Shown here piece by piece: positions 19,510 through 27,228 of a DNA stretch of 64,000 nucleotides. The translations under genes were made by a program, and so were the position numbers. Within the stretch, counting starts at the first letter, position 1. Every line of letters starts with the position of its first letter. Source of the stretch: Verrucomicrobiota bacterium (GTDB taxonomy: Bacteria > Verrucomicrobiota > Kiritimatiellia > JAHIZV01); NCBI GenBank assembly GCA_018814445.1, contig JAHIZV010000218.1:2285-66284 (forward strand), written 5' to 3'. Under the pieces are notes generated by a model, which saw nothing but the letters and a program-made list of their open reading frames with translations, did not search any database and was not told where the DNA came from.

Positions 19510-20382
19510 TCAGTTTATAATCTGCGTCCCGACCCCCTCATCCGTGAACAACTCCAACAACAGCGAGTGCGGCATGCCGGCGTCAATGATGTGAGTCTTC
19601 TTCACCCCGGCCTTCAGCGCGGTCACGCCGCCGCCAATTTTGGGAAGCATTCCGCCTGAAATGACGCCCTTCTTTATGTAGTCGTCCACCTCGCTCACTT
19701 TGACCGTCGAAATCCGCGATGACGGATCATTCATATCTTCAAGCAGCCCCGGCACGTCGGAGAGGAACACCAGCTTCCTGGCCCGAAGCTTTTCCGCGAT
19801 GGCCGCGGCAGCTTCGTCGGCGTTCACATTGTAGACTTTCTTGTCCTCTCCCCGGCCCAGCGGCGTGACAACGGGAGTCATGCTGTTCCCGAGAAAAGCC
19901 GTCAAGGGCGCCACATCGACATCCACCACGTCACCCACGTACCCCCAGTCCAGGACTTCGCCTGTCTCCGGGTCCGTTCCAGTCTTCTTTCTCACTTTGA
20001 TCAGATCGTCACCATGCACCCCCCATGCCGTGCAGTCGTGCGATTCAAGTACTGCAACCAGCTCGGCATTGATTTCCTGGTTCAGAACCTGTTCCACGAC
20101 CTGAACCGATGCCTCGTCAGTCACCCGCAGACCGTTGACGAACTTCGCTTCGATGCCTTTCGCCGCCATCATTCTCGAGATGGCCTTCCCCCCGCCGTGG
20201 ACGATCACCGGACGCATTCCGACCGCGGCCATAAAGGCGACATCTTTCAGGATGTCGCTGATAGCCTGCTTGTCCTCCATGATGCTGCCGCCGAATTTGA
20301 CTACGACAGTCTCGCCCCGAAACCGCTGGATGTACGGCATCGCATCAATCAGAACCCGCGCTTTTTCGATAATTCTTTCCAT
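19510..20382 (-). CDS. argB: Acetylglutamate kinase. The ORF-track N-terminal extension through the repeat region was rejected.
   Basis: 'VVVKFGGSIMEDK', 'RPVIVHGGGKAISRMM' amino-acid kinase family. Start at 'MERIIEK', preceded by GGAG 8 nt upstream. The upstream 25 residues of the track ORF are a translation of heptamer repeats. Confidence 0.9.
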   Translation of the reverse strand: MERIIEKARVLIDAMPYIQRFRGETVVVKFGGSIMEDKQAISDILKDVAFMAAVGMRPVIVHGGGKAISRMMAAKGIEAKFVNGLRVTDEASVQVVEQVLNQEINAELVAVLESHDCTAWGVHGDDLIKVRKKTGTDPETGEVLDWGYVGDVVDVDVAPLTAFLGNSMTPVVTPLGRGEDKKVYNVNADEAAAAIAEKLRARKLVFLSDVPGLLEDMNDPSSRISTVKVSEVDDYIKKGVISGGMLPKIGGGVTALKAGVKKTHIIDAGMPHSLLLELFTDEGVGTQIIN

Positions 20383-20394
20383 CCTGATTCTCCA

Positions 20395-20470
20395 ACCGAA
20401 ACCTGAAACCTGAGACCTGAAACCTGAGCAAGGAATCGGGAATCCGGCATCTGGCATCCGGAATCAGATA
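20395..20470. repeat. Heptamer-periodic intergenic repeat: GA(A/G)ACCT x4, then GGAATCG, GGAATCC, GGCATCT, GGCATCC, GGAATCA, GATATCA
   Basis: Seen directly between the argJ stop and the argB start. The strict 7-nt period and the 'GGNATCN' core are shared with the 18.2 kb and 21.7 kb repeats. Confidence 0.8.
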
Positions 20471-21649
20471 TCACATATTAATCCTCACATACTCCTCGGT
20501 GCACTCGCACGTATAGACAACGGCATGGCCATCGCCCAGGTTCAGATTGATGTTAATAGAAAACTCACTCTTAGCGACGATTTTCGAGAGTACATTGTCA
20601 GGCGTGCCCGCCGCGACGCCGCACCTGACCGCAGGCACATCGTCATAGCTGATATCTACCTTGTCCTCTTTGACCTTCGCTCTGGAATATCCGATCGCGT
20701 CCATGACCCGGCCCCAATTGGCCTCCTTTCCAACCCACGAAGTCTTCACGAGGAAGGAATTCGCGACAGCTCTCGCCGCGGCGTCCGCGTCGTCATCTCC
20801 TGCCGCACCACTCACGTTAATGGTTACGAACTTCTCCGCGCCCTCGCCATCCTTAACGATTTGAAAGGCCAATTCCCTTGTGACTTCCTTCACGGCCTCA
20901 ACAAACGAGCCCCACTGCGGGTGGTCTACAGAGAGAGGCGTATGATCCGCCTGCCCGTTTGCCAGAAGAAAAACCGTGTCATTCGTGCTCCGGTCACCGT
21001 CCACCGATATCCTGTTGAAACTGTCGTTCACGGCCGAAGTCAGAACGCCCTGCAGTGCAACACTGTCGATTACGGCATCCGTAAGGAGGAACGAAAGCAT
21101 CGTGGCCATATTCGGCTCGATCATCCCCGCCCCCTTGGCCATTCCGAATACAGTGACGCTCTGTTCGTCGATCATCATCTGCACCGACCAGTACTTGGGA
21201 ACGGTGTCCGTCGTCATGATCGCGTGTACGGCATCTTCGCCGCCGTCATACGAGAGAGCCGCGGCCAGAAGTTCGATGCCTTTCTCAATCTTGTCCATCG
21301 GCAGTGAGTCACCAATATGCCCCGTCGAACACACGAGAACATCTTCCGAAGGGCATCCGATCTGTTCCGCTGTCAGCTCTGTCATGCTTTTCGCATCGCG
21401 CATGCCGGCGTCGCCTGTGCATGCGTTCGCATTTCCGCTGTTCATGACGATCGCCTGCGCGACCCCCGAGTTGATATGCTGCCGGGAGACTTTCACAGGA
21501 GCCGCCGCCACCTGGTTCGTCGTAAAGACTGCCGCGGCGGCGCAGGGCACATCCGACACGATCATCGCCATATCCCTGGAGCCGCCCTTCTTTATCCCTG
21601 CATGCACTCCTGCCGCCTGAAAACCTGCAGGCATAACAATAGTCTTCAT
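20471..21649 (-). CDS. argJ: Bifunctional glutamate N-acetyltransferase / amino-acid acetyltransferase
   Basis: 'MKTIVMPAGFQAAGVHAGIKKGG' N-terminus. Autoproteolytic Thr region 'ATMLSFLLTDA' (ATML-T motif). ATG start preceded by AAAGGAA. The track ORF begins at an upstream GTG. Confidence 0.9.
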   Translation of the reverse strand: MKTIVMPAGFQAAGVHAGIKKGGSRDMAMIVSDVPCAAAAVFTTNQVAAAPVKVSRQHINSGVAQAIVMNSGNANACTGDAGMRDAKSMTELTAEQIGCPSEDVLVCSTGHIGDSLPMDKIEKGIELLAAALSYDGGEDAVHAIMTTDTVPKYWSVQMMIDEQSVTVFGMAKGAGMIEPNMATMLSFLLTDAVIDSVALQGVLTSAVNDSFNRISVDGDRSTNDTVFLLANGQADHTPLSVDHPQWGSFVEAVKEVTRELAFQIVKDGEGAEKFVTINVSGAAGDDDADAAARAVANSFLVKTSWVGKEANWGRVMDAIGYSRAKVKEDKVDISYDDVPAVRCGVAAGTPDNVLSKIVAKSEFSININLNLGDGHAVVYTCECTEEYVRINM

Positions 21650-21679
21650 AGTCCAAGTTCCTTTCTTACTCCCCACCCG

Positions 21680-21746
21680 ATATCAGATTCCCGATGCCGG
21701 ATGCCAGATAATGAGCGCGCCGATCCGACATCTGGTATCCGGCGAC
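21680..21746. repeat. Heptamer-periodic repeat (reverse-complement orientation of the 'GGNATCN' family) upstream of argJ
   Basis: 'GATATCA GATTCCC GATGCCG GATGCCA GATAATG ... GATCCGA CATCTGG TATCCGG CGACCGG CATCTGA'. Lies between the rpsI terminator and the argJ start. Confidence 0.75.
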
Positions 21747-21754
21747 CGGCATCT

Positions 21755-21791
21755 GAATAAAAAACAACCCCGAATGCCGGTGACATTCGGG
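21755..21791 (-). terminator. Rho-independent terminator of the rplM-rpsI operon
   Basis: Perfect 9-bp stem CCCCGAATG / CATTCGGGG with a 7-nt loop, followed on the minus strand by a U-run (plus strand 'AATAAAAAACAA'). Lies about 28 nt downstream of the rpsI stop. Confidence 0.65.
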
Positions 21792-21818
21792 GCTGCTGAA
21801 ACTGCATCTTTGCTCTGT

Positions 21819-22217
21819 TTAACGTTTCGAGAACTGGAAGCGTTTGCGGGCCCCGGGCTGTCCGGGTTTCTTACGCTCTTTCATACGCGGATCACGGGTC
21901 AGACAACCCGTCTTCTTCAACGCGTCTTTAACGCCTTCATCAGCCGTGACCAGTGCCCTGGCAATACCGTGCCTGAGCGCACCGGCTTGTCCGACTTTTC
22001 CGCCGCCTTTAACGGAGGCGATCACATCGTACCGCTTCAGCGTGTCGGTGAATGAAAAGGGCTGCTCCACATAGGCCTGAATGGCCGCGGACGGAAAGTA
22101 CTGATCAAACTCCTGTCCGTTGACTGTCATCTTGCCGACGCCGAGCGCGAGCCGCACTCTTGCTACGGAAGTTTTTCTCCGACCTGTCGCCGCGAACTCT
22201 ACCACCTTCTGTGCCAC
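21819..22217 (-). CDS. rpsI: 30S ribosomal protein S9
   Basis: C-terminal 'GGGKVGQAGALRHGIARAL ... KKPGQPGARKRFQFSKR' universal S9 signature. Confidence 0.95.
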   Translation of the reverse strand: MAQKVVEFAATGRRKTSVARVRLALGVGKMTVNGQEFDQYFPSAAIQAYVEQPFSFTDTLKRYDVIASVKGGGKVGQAGALRHGIARALVTADEGVKDALKKTGCLTRDPRMKERKKPGQPGARKRFQFSKR

Positions 22218-22249
22218 TTTCTTCTCCCTCGTTCCGCTTCAGCGAATTG

Positions 22250-22684
22250 TTAAAACGTCAGTTCCAGGACCTCTGGCTGTTGTGCAGCATGCGGATGCTC
22301 CGGCCCTGCGTAAACTTTGAGCCTCGTGATAATCTGCCTGCTCAACCGGTTCTTCGGAAGCATACCTTTCACAGCCTGCGTAATGATCCGTTCCGGATGT
22401 TTCTCCCGGATGGCAGCCGCCTTTGTTTCTTTTAATCCACTTGGATAGCCTGTGAAGTCCTGATAGATCTTCTGCTCGTTTTTTGCGCCGCTCAGCTTGA
22501 TCTTCTCAGCGTTGACGACGATGACAAAGTCGCCGGTGTCTATGTGAGGAGCGAACGTCGGCTTGTTCTTGCCCCGCAGGACATTAGCAATCTCGACGGC
22601 AAGCCGGCCGGTAGGCTTGTCGGCTGCATCGACAACATGCCATTTCCGGTTTACGTCTTCCTGTTTGACCAAAGTTGTTTTCAT
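22250..22684 (-). CDS. rplM: 50S ribosomal protein L13. The ORF-track upstream extension was rejected.
   Basis: '[29 protein letters not shown] ... [19 protein letters not shown]' L13 family. The 64 upstream residues in the track are not L13-like. Confidence 0.95.
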   Translation of the reverse strand: MKTTLVKQEDVNRKWHVVDAADKPTGRLAVEIANVLRGKNKPTFAPHIDTGDFVIVVNAEKIKLSGAKNEQKIYQDFTGYPSGLKETKAAAIREKHPERIITQAVKGMLPKNRLSRQIITRLKVYAGPEHPHAAQQPEVLELTF

Positions 22685-22882
22685 TCCACTTATTACCCTT
22701 TTACTCGCAAAAACAGGGGGCAGAACATAGCCAAGGGCGTAAACAGTGTCAACAACCATTCCGGCGAAAAAGACGCAGGAGTGGGAGAAAGGGAGAATGG
22801 AAGAGCGGGGGCATGGGAGTTTCCTGCTTTGCTCGCACGTGTCGGTACGCCATGATTCGCAGTCGAAAGGGTTCAAAAGGGC

Positions 22883-23800
22883 ATGAATACGCAGAAAACA
22901 CTCCGAACCTCGGCTTTGGTCCTTTCGGTCCTTCTGGTCCTTTTCCTCACCACCGACTTCATCTACTCCCGATTAATTACTTCCCGTCTGGCCATACAGG
23001 AAGCCCGTATCGAACGCGACTCGAACGGCGTGCGGGCAGGCTGCGAGGCGTTTTCAACGGGCGAGAGTTCCGTCGGCCTCCTCATGATCCACGGATTCGC
23101 TGACTCCCCCTTCCTTTTCAGAGAAATGGCCCCGCTTCTCGCCGAGTCCGGCTTCCGGGTGCGGGCTCTCAGGCTTCCGGGTTTCGCGGAATCACCGGAA
23201 AGGTACGGGGAGTCGGATCTGAATCTCTGGCGCAATCGCATTCGTGAAGAATTCGACTCCCTTAGTAAAGAATGCAAAGAAGTCTGGCTGGTCGGCCACT
23301 CGCTGGGCGGAGCGCTCGCTATCGACTTCAGCCTGAGGGAACAGGAAAGAGCCGACGGACTTGTCCTTATTGCGCCCCTGCTTGAGGTATCATCGCGAAG
23401 AATCCCCATACTCTCGCCCCGGACATGGTTTCGCATCAGCCGCGCGCTGACTTTTTTCACGGACACGGTTCAGAGCGTGTTCCCTGTTGACGCACATGAC
23501 CCGGAAGTCAGGGCAACGTATCCGCGCGATACCTTCATACCGCTGAGAATCTACAGCGAGATGTTTCAACTGCTCGATGAACTGGAGAGGACCGGAAGAC
23601 AGGTCAAGCAACCTATGCTGATGATACTGGCCAAAGACGATCAGGTCATAGACCCGAAGGCGGCCGAGATATGGTTCCAGCAGAATCCTTCAGAGCGTAA
23701 GAAACTCGTTTTTCAACCGGACGCGGGCCATGTCATTCCCCGGGACTACGGCTGGACGAATGTGGTGAAGGAAATCCGGAGTTTCATCACTCCGCGCTAA
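22883..23800 (+). CDS. Membrane-anchored alpha/beta-fold hydrolase (lysophospholipase/monoacylglycerol-lipase-like)
   Basis: N-terminal TM segment. 'HGFADSP' oxyanion region. Nucleophile elbow 'GHSLGGALA'. ~305 aa. Confidence 0.75.
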   Translation: MNTQKTLRTSALVLSVLLVLFLTTDFIYSRLITSRLAIQEARIERDSNGVRAGCEAFSTGESSVGLLMIHGFADSPFLFREMAPLLAESGFRVRALRLPGFAESPERYGESDLNLWRNRIREEFDSLSKECKEVWLVGHSLGGALAIDFSLREQERADGLVLIAPLLEVSSRRIPILSPRTWFRISRALTFFTDTVQSVFPVDAHDPEVRATYPRDTFIPLRIYSEMFQLLDELERTGRQVKQPMLMILAKDDQVIDPKAAEIWFQQNPSERKKLVFQPDAGHVIPRDYGWTNVVKEIRSFITPR

Positions 23801-23994
23801 CGTTTCATCAGAAACGCGAAATACACGACATAACTGAGCGCGAATGTGACGAACATAAGGACAAGCAGGCCGGCGCCGATCGACGCAAGGTTCTCAGAGG
23901 ATCCTGAAATATTCCTGCCCACGACGAGCAGGAGCAATCCCAACAGTCCGGAGACGTATCCAGTAATGCGCAGGATGAAGTGAGCCTTTTTCAT
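23797..23994 (-). CDS. Small two-TM membrane protein (hypothetical)
   Basis: 65 aa with two hydrophobic helices. 4-nt overlap with the upstream gene. Confidence 0.4.
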   Translation of the reverse strand: MKKAHFILRITGYVSGLLGLLLLVVGRNISGSSENLASIGAGLLVLMFVTFALSYVVYFAFLMKR

Positions 23995-24446
23995 TGTTCC
24001 AGGATGAACAGGTAACCGATCACGCTTCCCACGTATCCGCTGAAGCCGATCATCAGAAGGAGCCCGGCGATATAGTACTTCATCGTCCGCGAATTTCGTC
24101 GACGGATCAGGGCGACAAGCGAATCATCAATACTGCCCGTCCGGTAGCGCGTTCCCCAGCGAAGCTGCAGCGGCCCCATCAACAGAATGAGCGCGGAGAA
24201 AAGCACGAAAATGAGACCATAGCCAAGCGTAAGGCGTGAAAACGAACTGGACTGAGCTATTTTCGGGCCTGAGAATCCTGTAATCGTCAGGCAGATGATG
24301 ATGAGACTTAAAAGCATCTGCGCACGGTTCTGCAACACGCTGAAACACTCGAACATAAGCGAGAAGAGTTTTGAGTTGTCGTCTCCGTGGATCCTCTTCA
24401 GGTACTCCAGTTCCTCTTCCGGCGTCAGCTTTTCCAACTTTCTCAT
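23991..24446 (-). CDS. Hypothetical polytopic membrane protein. The track start at 24527 is a GTG inside a 44-bp palindrome and was not used.
   Basis: Multiple hydrophobic segments. An ATG at ~24446 gives 'MRKLEKLTPEEELEYLK...'. Confidence 0.45.
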   Translation of the reverse strand: MRKLEKLTPEEELEYLKRIHGDDNSKLFSLMFECFSVLQNRAQMLLSLIIICLTITGFSGPKIAQSSSFSRLTLGYGLIFVLFSALILLMGPLQLRWGTRYRTGSIDDSLVALIRRRNSRTMKYYIAGLLLMIGFSGYVGSVIGYLFILEQ

Positions 24447-24519
24447 ACTTGTACTTAAACCCGTAAGGCCCGCCGGGTCAATCCGCGCGACGCCCCGGAA
24501 GCTAATCACCGCCCACCAT

Positions 24520-24563
24520 TCTGTCACATTCAGGTGTGCGATCGCACACCTGAATGTGACAGA
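24520..24563. repeat. 44-bp perfect palindrome centred on GCGATCGC
   Basis: TTCTGTCACATTCAGGTGTGCGATCGCACACCTGAATGTGACAGAA: the left half equals the reverse complement of the right half. Intergenic, with no flanking T-run. Confidence 0.85.
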
Positions 24564-24741
24564 TTGAACGGGTTAAATCGTGTCGATGGAGCGGGCTTTC
24601 CCGGGACTGGCGGCAGAATGAACAGGCGTGGACTATTCCGGAACCCACGCCTTGACAGTACTCTGCACTCGTTTTTTCCGCATCACGGGCTATATTATGT
24701 CACTCTTGACTAAGCATGTAGCTATTTGAGGGAGACCAAGT

Positions 24742-25869
24742 ATGAAACAGACATGCCGTTTGACACTTCCGCTCATGGTGCTCTGTCTTGCAGCATCAGC
24801 GTCCTTCGCCTCCGACGGCCGGACAGAAATATCCCAGGACATGATCCCCTACCAGATCGATAATGCCGGCAGTTATGTGGTGACAGAGAATCTGTCTGCG
24901 GGTGCCTCGCAGAACGGAATCACAGTCAACGCGGATAACGTTACTATCGACCTCAATGGGTTCTCGATCTATGGCATCACTAACTCATTCAACGGAATTG
25001 TATCCACCTCGTCGCGCATTAACGTAACTGTCATCAATGGTTCTGTCAGGGATTGCGGCGATGACGGCATCGACCTGAGCACCGCGGTCAACTGCTTAGT
25101 CAAGAATGTCCGGGCCTCCAACAACGGGGCGGCAGGCATCCAGCTAGGCGACGCGAGCACGGTTATCGAATGCACTGCCATCGGCAACGGATCTTCAACA
25201 AACCACAATGGAATCACAACGGCCGGAGGCTCAGTGGTGTCGGCTTGCGTCACGCGCGACAATACCGGCGATGGAATAGAAGTCGGCAACGCAAGCACAA
25301 TCAGTTCTTGTGTCGCGCGTGAGAATCATGGACACGGCATCGAAGCCGGTGACGCGGCAATGGTTACCGGATGCAACGCGCGAGACAATGACAGCCACGG
25401 CATCGTCGTCGGTTCCGGATGTCATGTTACCGACTCCGTCGGCTACAGCAATGACGACGGGTTTCACGTCAGGGGCGTCGGCAGTAATATCAGCCGCTGC
25501 ACGGCATTCGGCAACCTGCTGTATGGCATTCGGGCAGGGAGCGGGAATTCGGTCATCCATTCGACAGCCTATGACAATCAGGTTGGTAATATTCACGTCG
25601 GCAGCGAATGTTATGTCTTCTACAACAACTGTGTGTCGACCAATAGCTCATCGGGCGGAATCGTTGTGGACGGAACAGACAGCCGCCTTGAGAACAACCA
25701 CCTTCTGCGAGGCGCGTTTGGATTCGATGTCAACGGTACCGACAACTTCATCGTTAAGAATACAGCCGCCGAATGCACGACAGAATATGACATTGTCGGG
25801 GGCAACCAAACCGGCCTTGTCGTCAACACGCCGGCGGGGGCCGGAGCATGGGATAACTTCAACTTCTAA
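24742..25869 (+). CDS. Secreted right-handed parallel beta-helix repeat protein (paralog A)
   Basis: RBS GAGGGAGA. Signal peptide. ~22-aa PbH1-type repeats ('DCGDDGIDLS', 'NNGAAGIQLG', 'NTGDGIEVGNAS', 'NHGHGIEAGDAA', 'NDSHGIVVGSG'). C-terminal 'GAWDNFNF'. Confidence 0.7.
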   Translation: MKQTCRLTLPLMVLCLAASASFASDGRTEISQDMIPYQIDNAGSYVVTENLSAGASQNGITVNADNVTIDLNGFSIYGITNSFNGIVSTSSRINVTVINGSVRDCGDDGIDLSTAVNCLVKNVRASNNGAAGIQLGDASTVIECTAIGNGSSTNHNGITTAGGSVVSACVTRDNTGDGIEVGNASTISSCVARENHGHGIEAGDAAMVTGCNARDNDSHGIVVGSGCHVTDSVGYSNDDGFHVRGVGSNISRCTAFGNLLYGIRAGSGNSVIHSTAYDNQVGNIHVGSECYVFYNNCVSTNSSSGGIVVDGTDSRLENNHLLRGAFGFDVNGTDNFIVKNTAAECTTEYDIVGGNQTGLVVNTPAGAGAWDNFNF

Positions 25870-27092
25870 TGAACTTCCGTTTTCATAGGATAGCTTTTGT
25901 GGGAGTCCTTGCCGCTGCGTTTCTGACGGCGGGATTCAAGGCCCGCGCGGAAAACGGCCGGTTCGAGATCATCCGCGAGATGTTTCCTCTCACGATCACC
26001 AATTCCGGCAGCTACCTGCTGACGGAAGACATAGATTTCTCCAATTCTCCCTTCGCGTATGATGGAATCACGATTTCTGCTTCAGATGTTCACTTGGATC
26101 TAAACGGTCACTATCTGATGGGCTCAATAGGAAACACTGACGACGGCATCGCGATCGATCCGGTCAGGAATGTTACGGTTGAAAATGGTTTCATTCATGG
26201 GTGGGGCGGCGACGGCATCGACGCGGGTTATGATACAGCGACTGCGACCGGATGCGTCTTCCGCAAAATTCAGACATCGTACAACTACCGGGACGGTCTC
26301 CGCGCGGGACGTTCCGCTTATGTCGAAAACTGCTTTGCCCTGCGCAACGGTCTGGAGCTGGAAGATCTCGGTCACGAAACGGGCACGGGTATTCTTATCG
26401 GACAGTCCTCACTTGCCCGACGGTGCGTCAGCGTGGAGAACTGGGGCCACGGCATCGCCTCCCGCTCCAGCGGTGAGATCTCGGATTGTATCGTCTACCG
26501 AAATCAGCATGACGGATATCACACTGGACAAGGTATGCTGATCAGAGGATCTGTGGCCTACGGACAGCGTCTGAATGGTGATGGTCTGGAAGTCGACGGA
26601 GGAAGCGTCGTGGTCGATTGTGTGGCTGTCTCAAATAACGATGACGGCATGAAGACTCGGACTTACGGTCGCTCTGTGTTTGTAAATTGTTCCTCGATTT
26701 CAAACTCATCGGACGGCATCAACGCGAGAGTGAACGGAGTACTAGTGGCCGAATGCACTGCGACCCGAAACAAAGACGATGGGCTTGCCATAGATTCCCG
26801 CTCGCTGATCGTGAACAATCTCTGTGTCGGCAACGGCTTCATTTCGGGCGATGGAGGCGGCATCAATATCAAGGAGAATGCGGGAGACCGCTGCCGCATC
26901 GATAGCAATCATCTTGCAGGAAATCGCGAAGGCCTCAGGATTGTCGGCGCAGGCGCAAGTCAGAATATTGTGATGCGAAACTCTGCCGTCGGCAATTCTG
27001 TCAACGACTACAACTACTCCGTTAACAACGACGTCGCCCCCATCAGGAGCAGCGTTTCCACGGCGGACCCCTGGGACAACTTCTCTTTCTGA
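25869..27092 (+). CDS. Secreted right-handed parallel beta-helix repeat protein (paralog B)
   Basis: Start overlaps the paralog A stop. The same N-terminal 'IxNSGSYLLTED' block and PbH1 repeats. C-terminal 'DPWDNFSF'. Confidence 0.7.
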   Translation: MNFRFHRIAFVGVLAAAFLTAGFKARAENGRFEIIREMFPLTITNSGSYLLTEDIDFSNSPFAYDGITISASDVHLDLNGHYLMGSIGNTDDGIAIDPVRNVTVENGFIHGWGGDGIDAGYDTATATGCVFRKIQTSYNYRDGLRAGRSAYVENCFALRNGLELEDLGHETGTGILIGQSSLARRCVSVENWGHGIASRSSGEISDCIVYRNQHDGYHTGQGMLIRGSVAYGQRLNGDGLEVDGGSVVVDCVAVSNNDDGMKTRTYGRSVFVNCSSISNSSDGINARVNGVLVAECTATRNKDDGLAIDSRSLIVNNLCVGNGFISGDGGGINIKENAGDRCRIDSNHLAGNREGLRIVGAGASQNIVMRNSAVGNSVNDYNYSVNNDVAPIRSSVSTADPWDNFSF

Positions 27093-27228
27093 TCACGCCT
27101 CACTCCCTGTTTCACTTAGCGTCACGATCGTGAGCCTAAATGAAACACTTCAATGGAACAGGAAAAGATGATTTGGCAGCTTCTTCTGGCCTGATTTCTG
27201 CTTATAATGCTCTAAGAAACCGTGGTTT

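Noticed and set aside
20383-20457. N-terminal 25-aa extension of argB ('MPDAGFPIPCSGFRSQVSGFGWRIR') and the upstream GTG start of argJ (21650..21676)
   Set aside because: The extensions read through heptamer repeats or lack an RBS. Internal ATGs with SD-like sequences give canonical ArgB/ArgJ N-termini.
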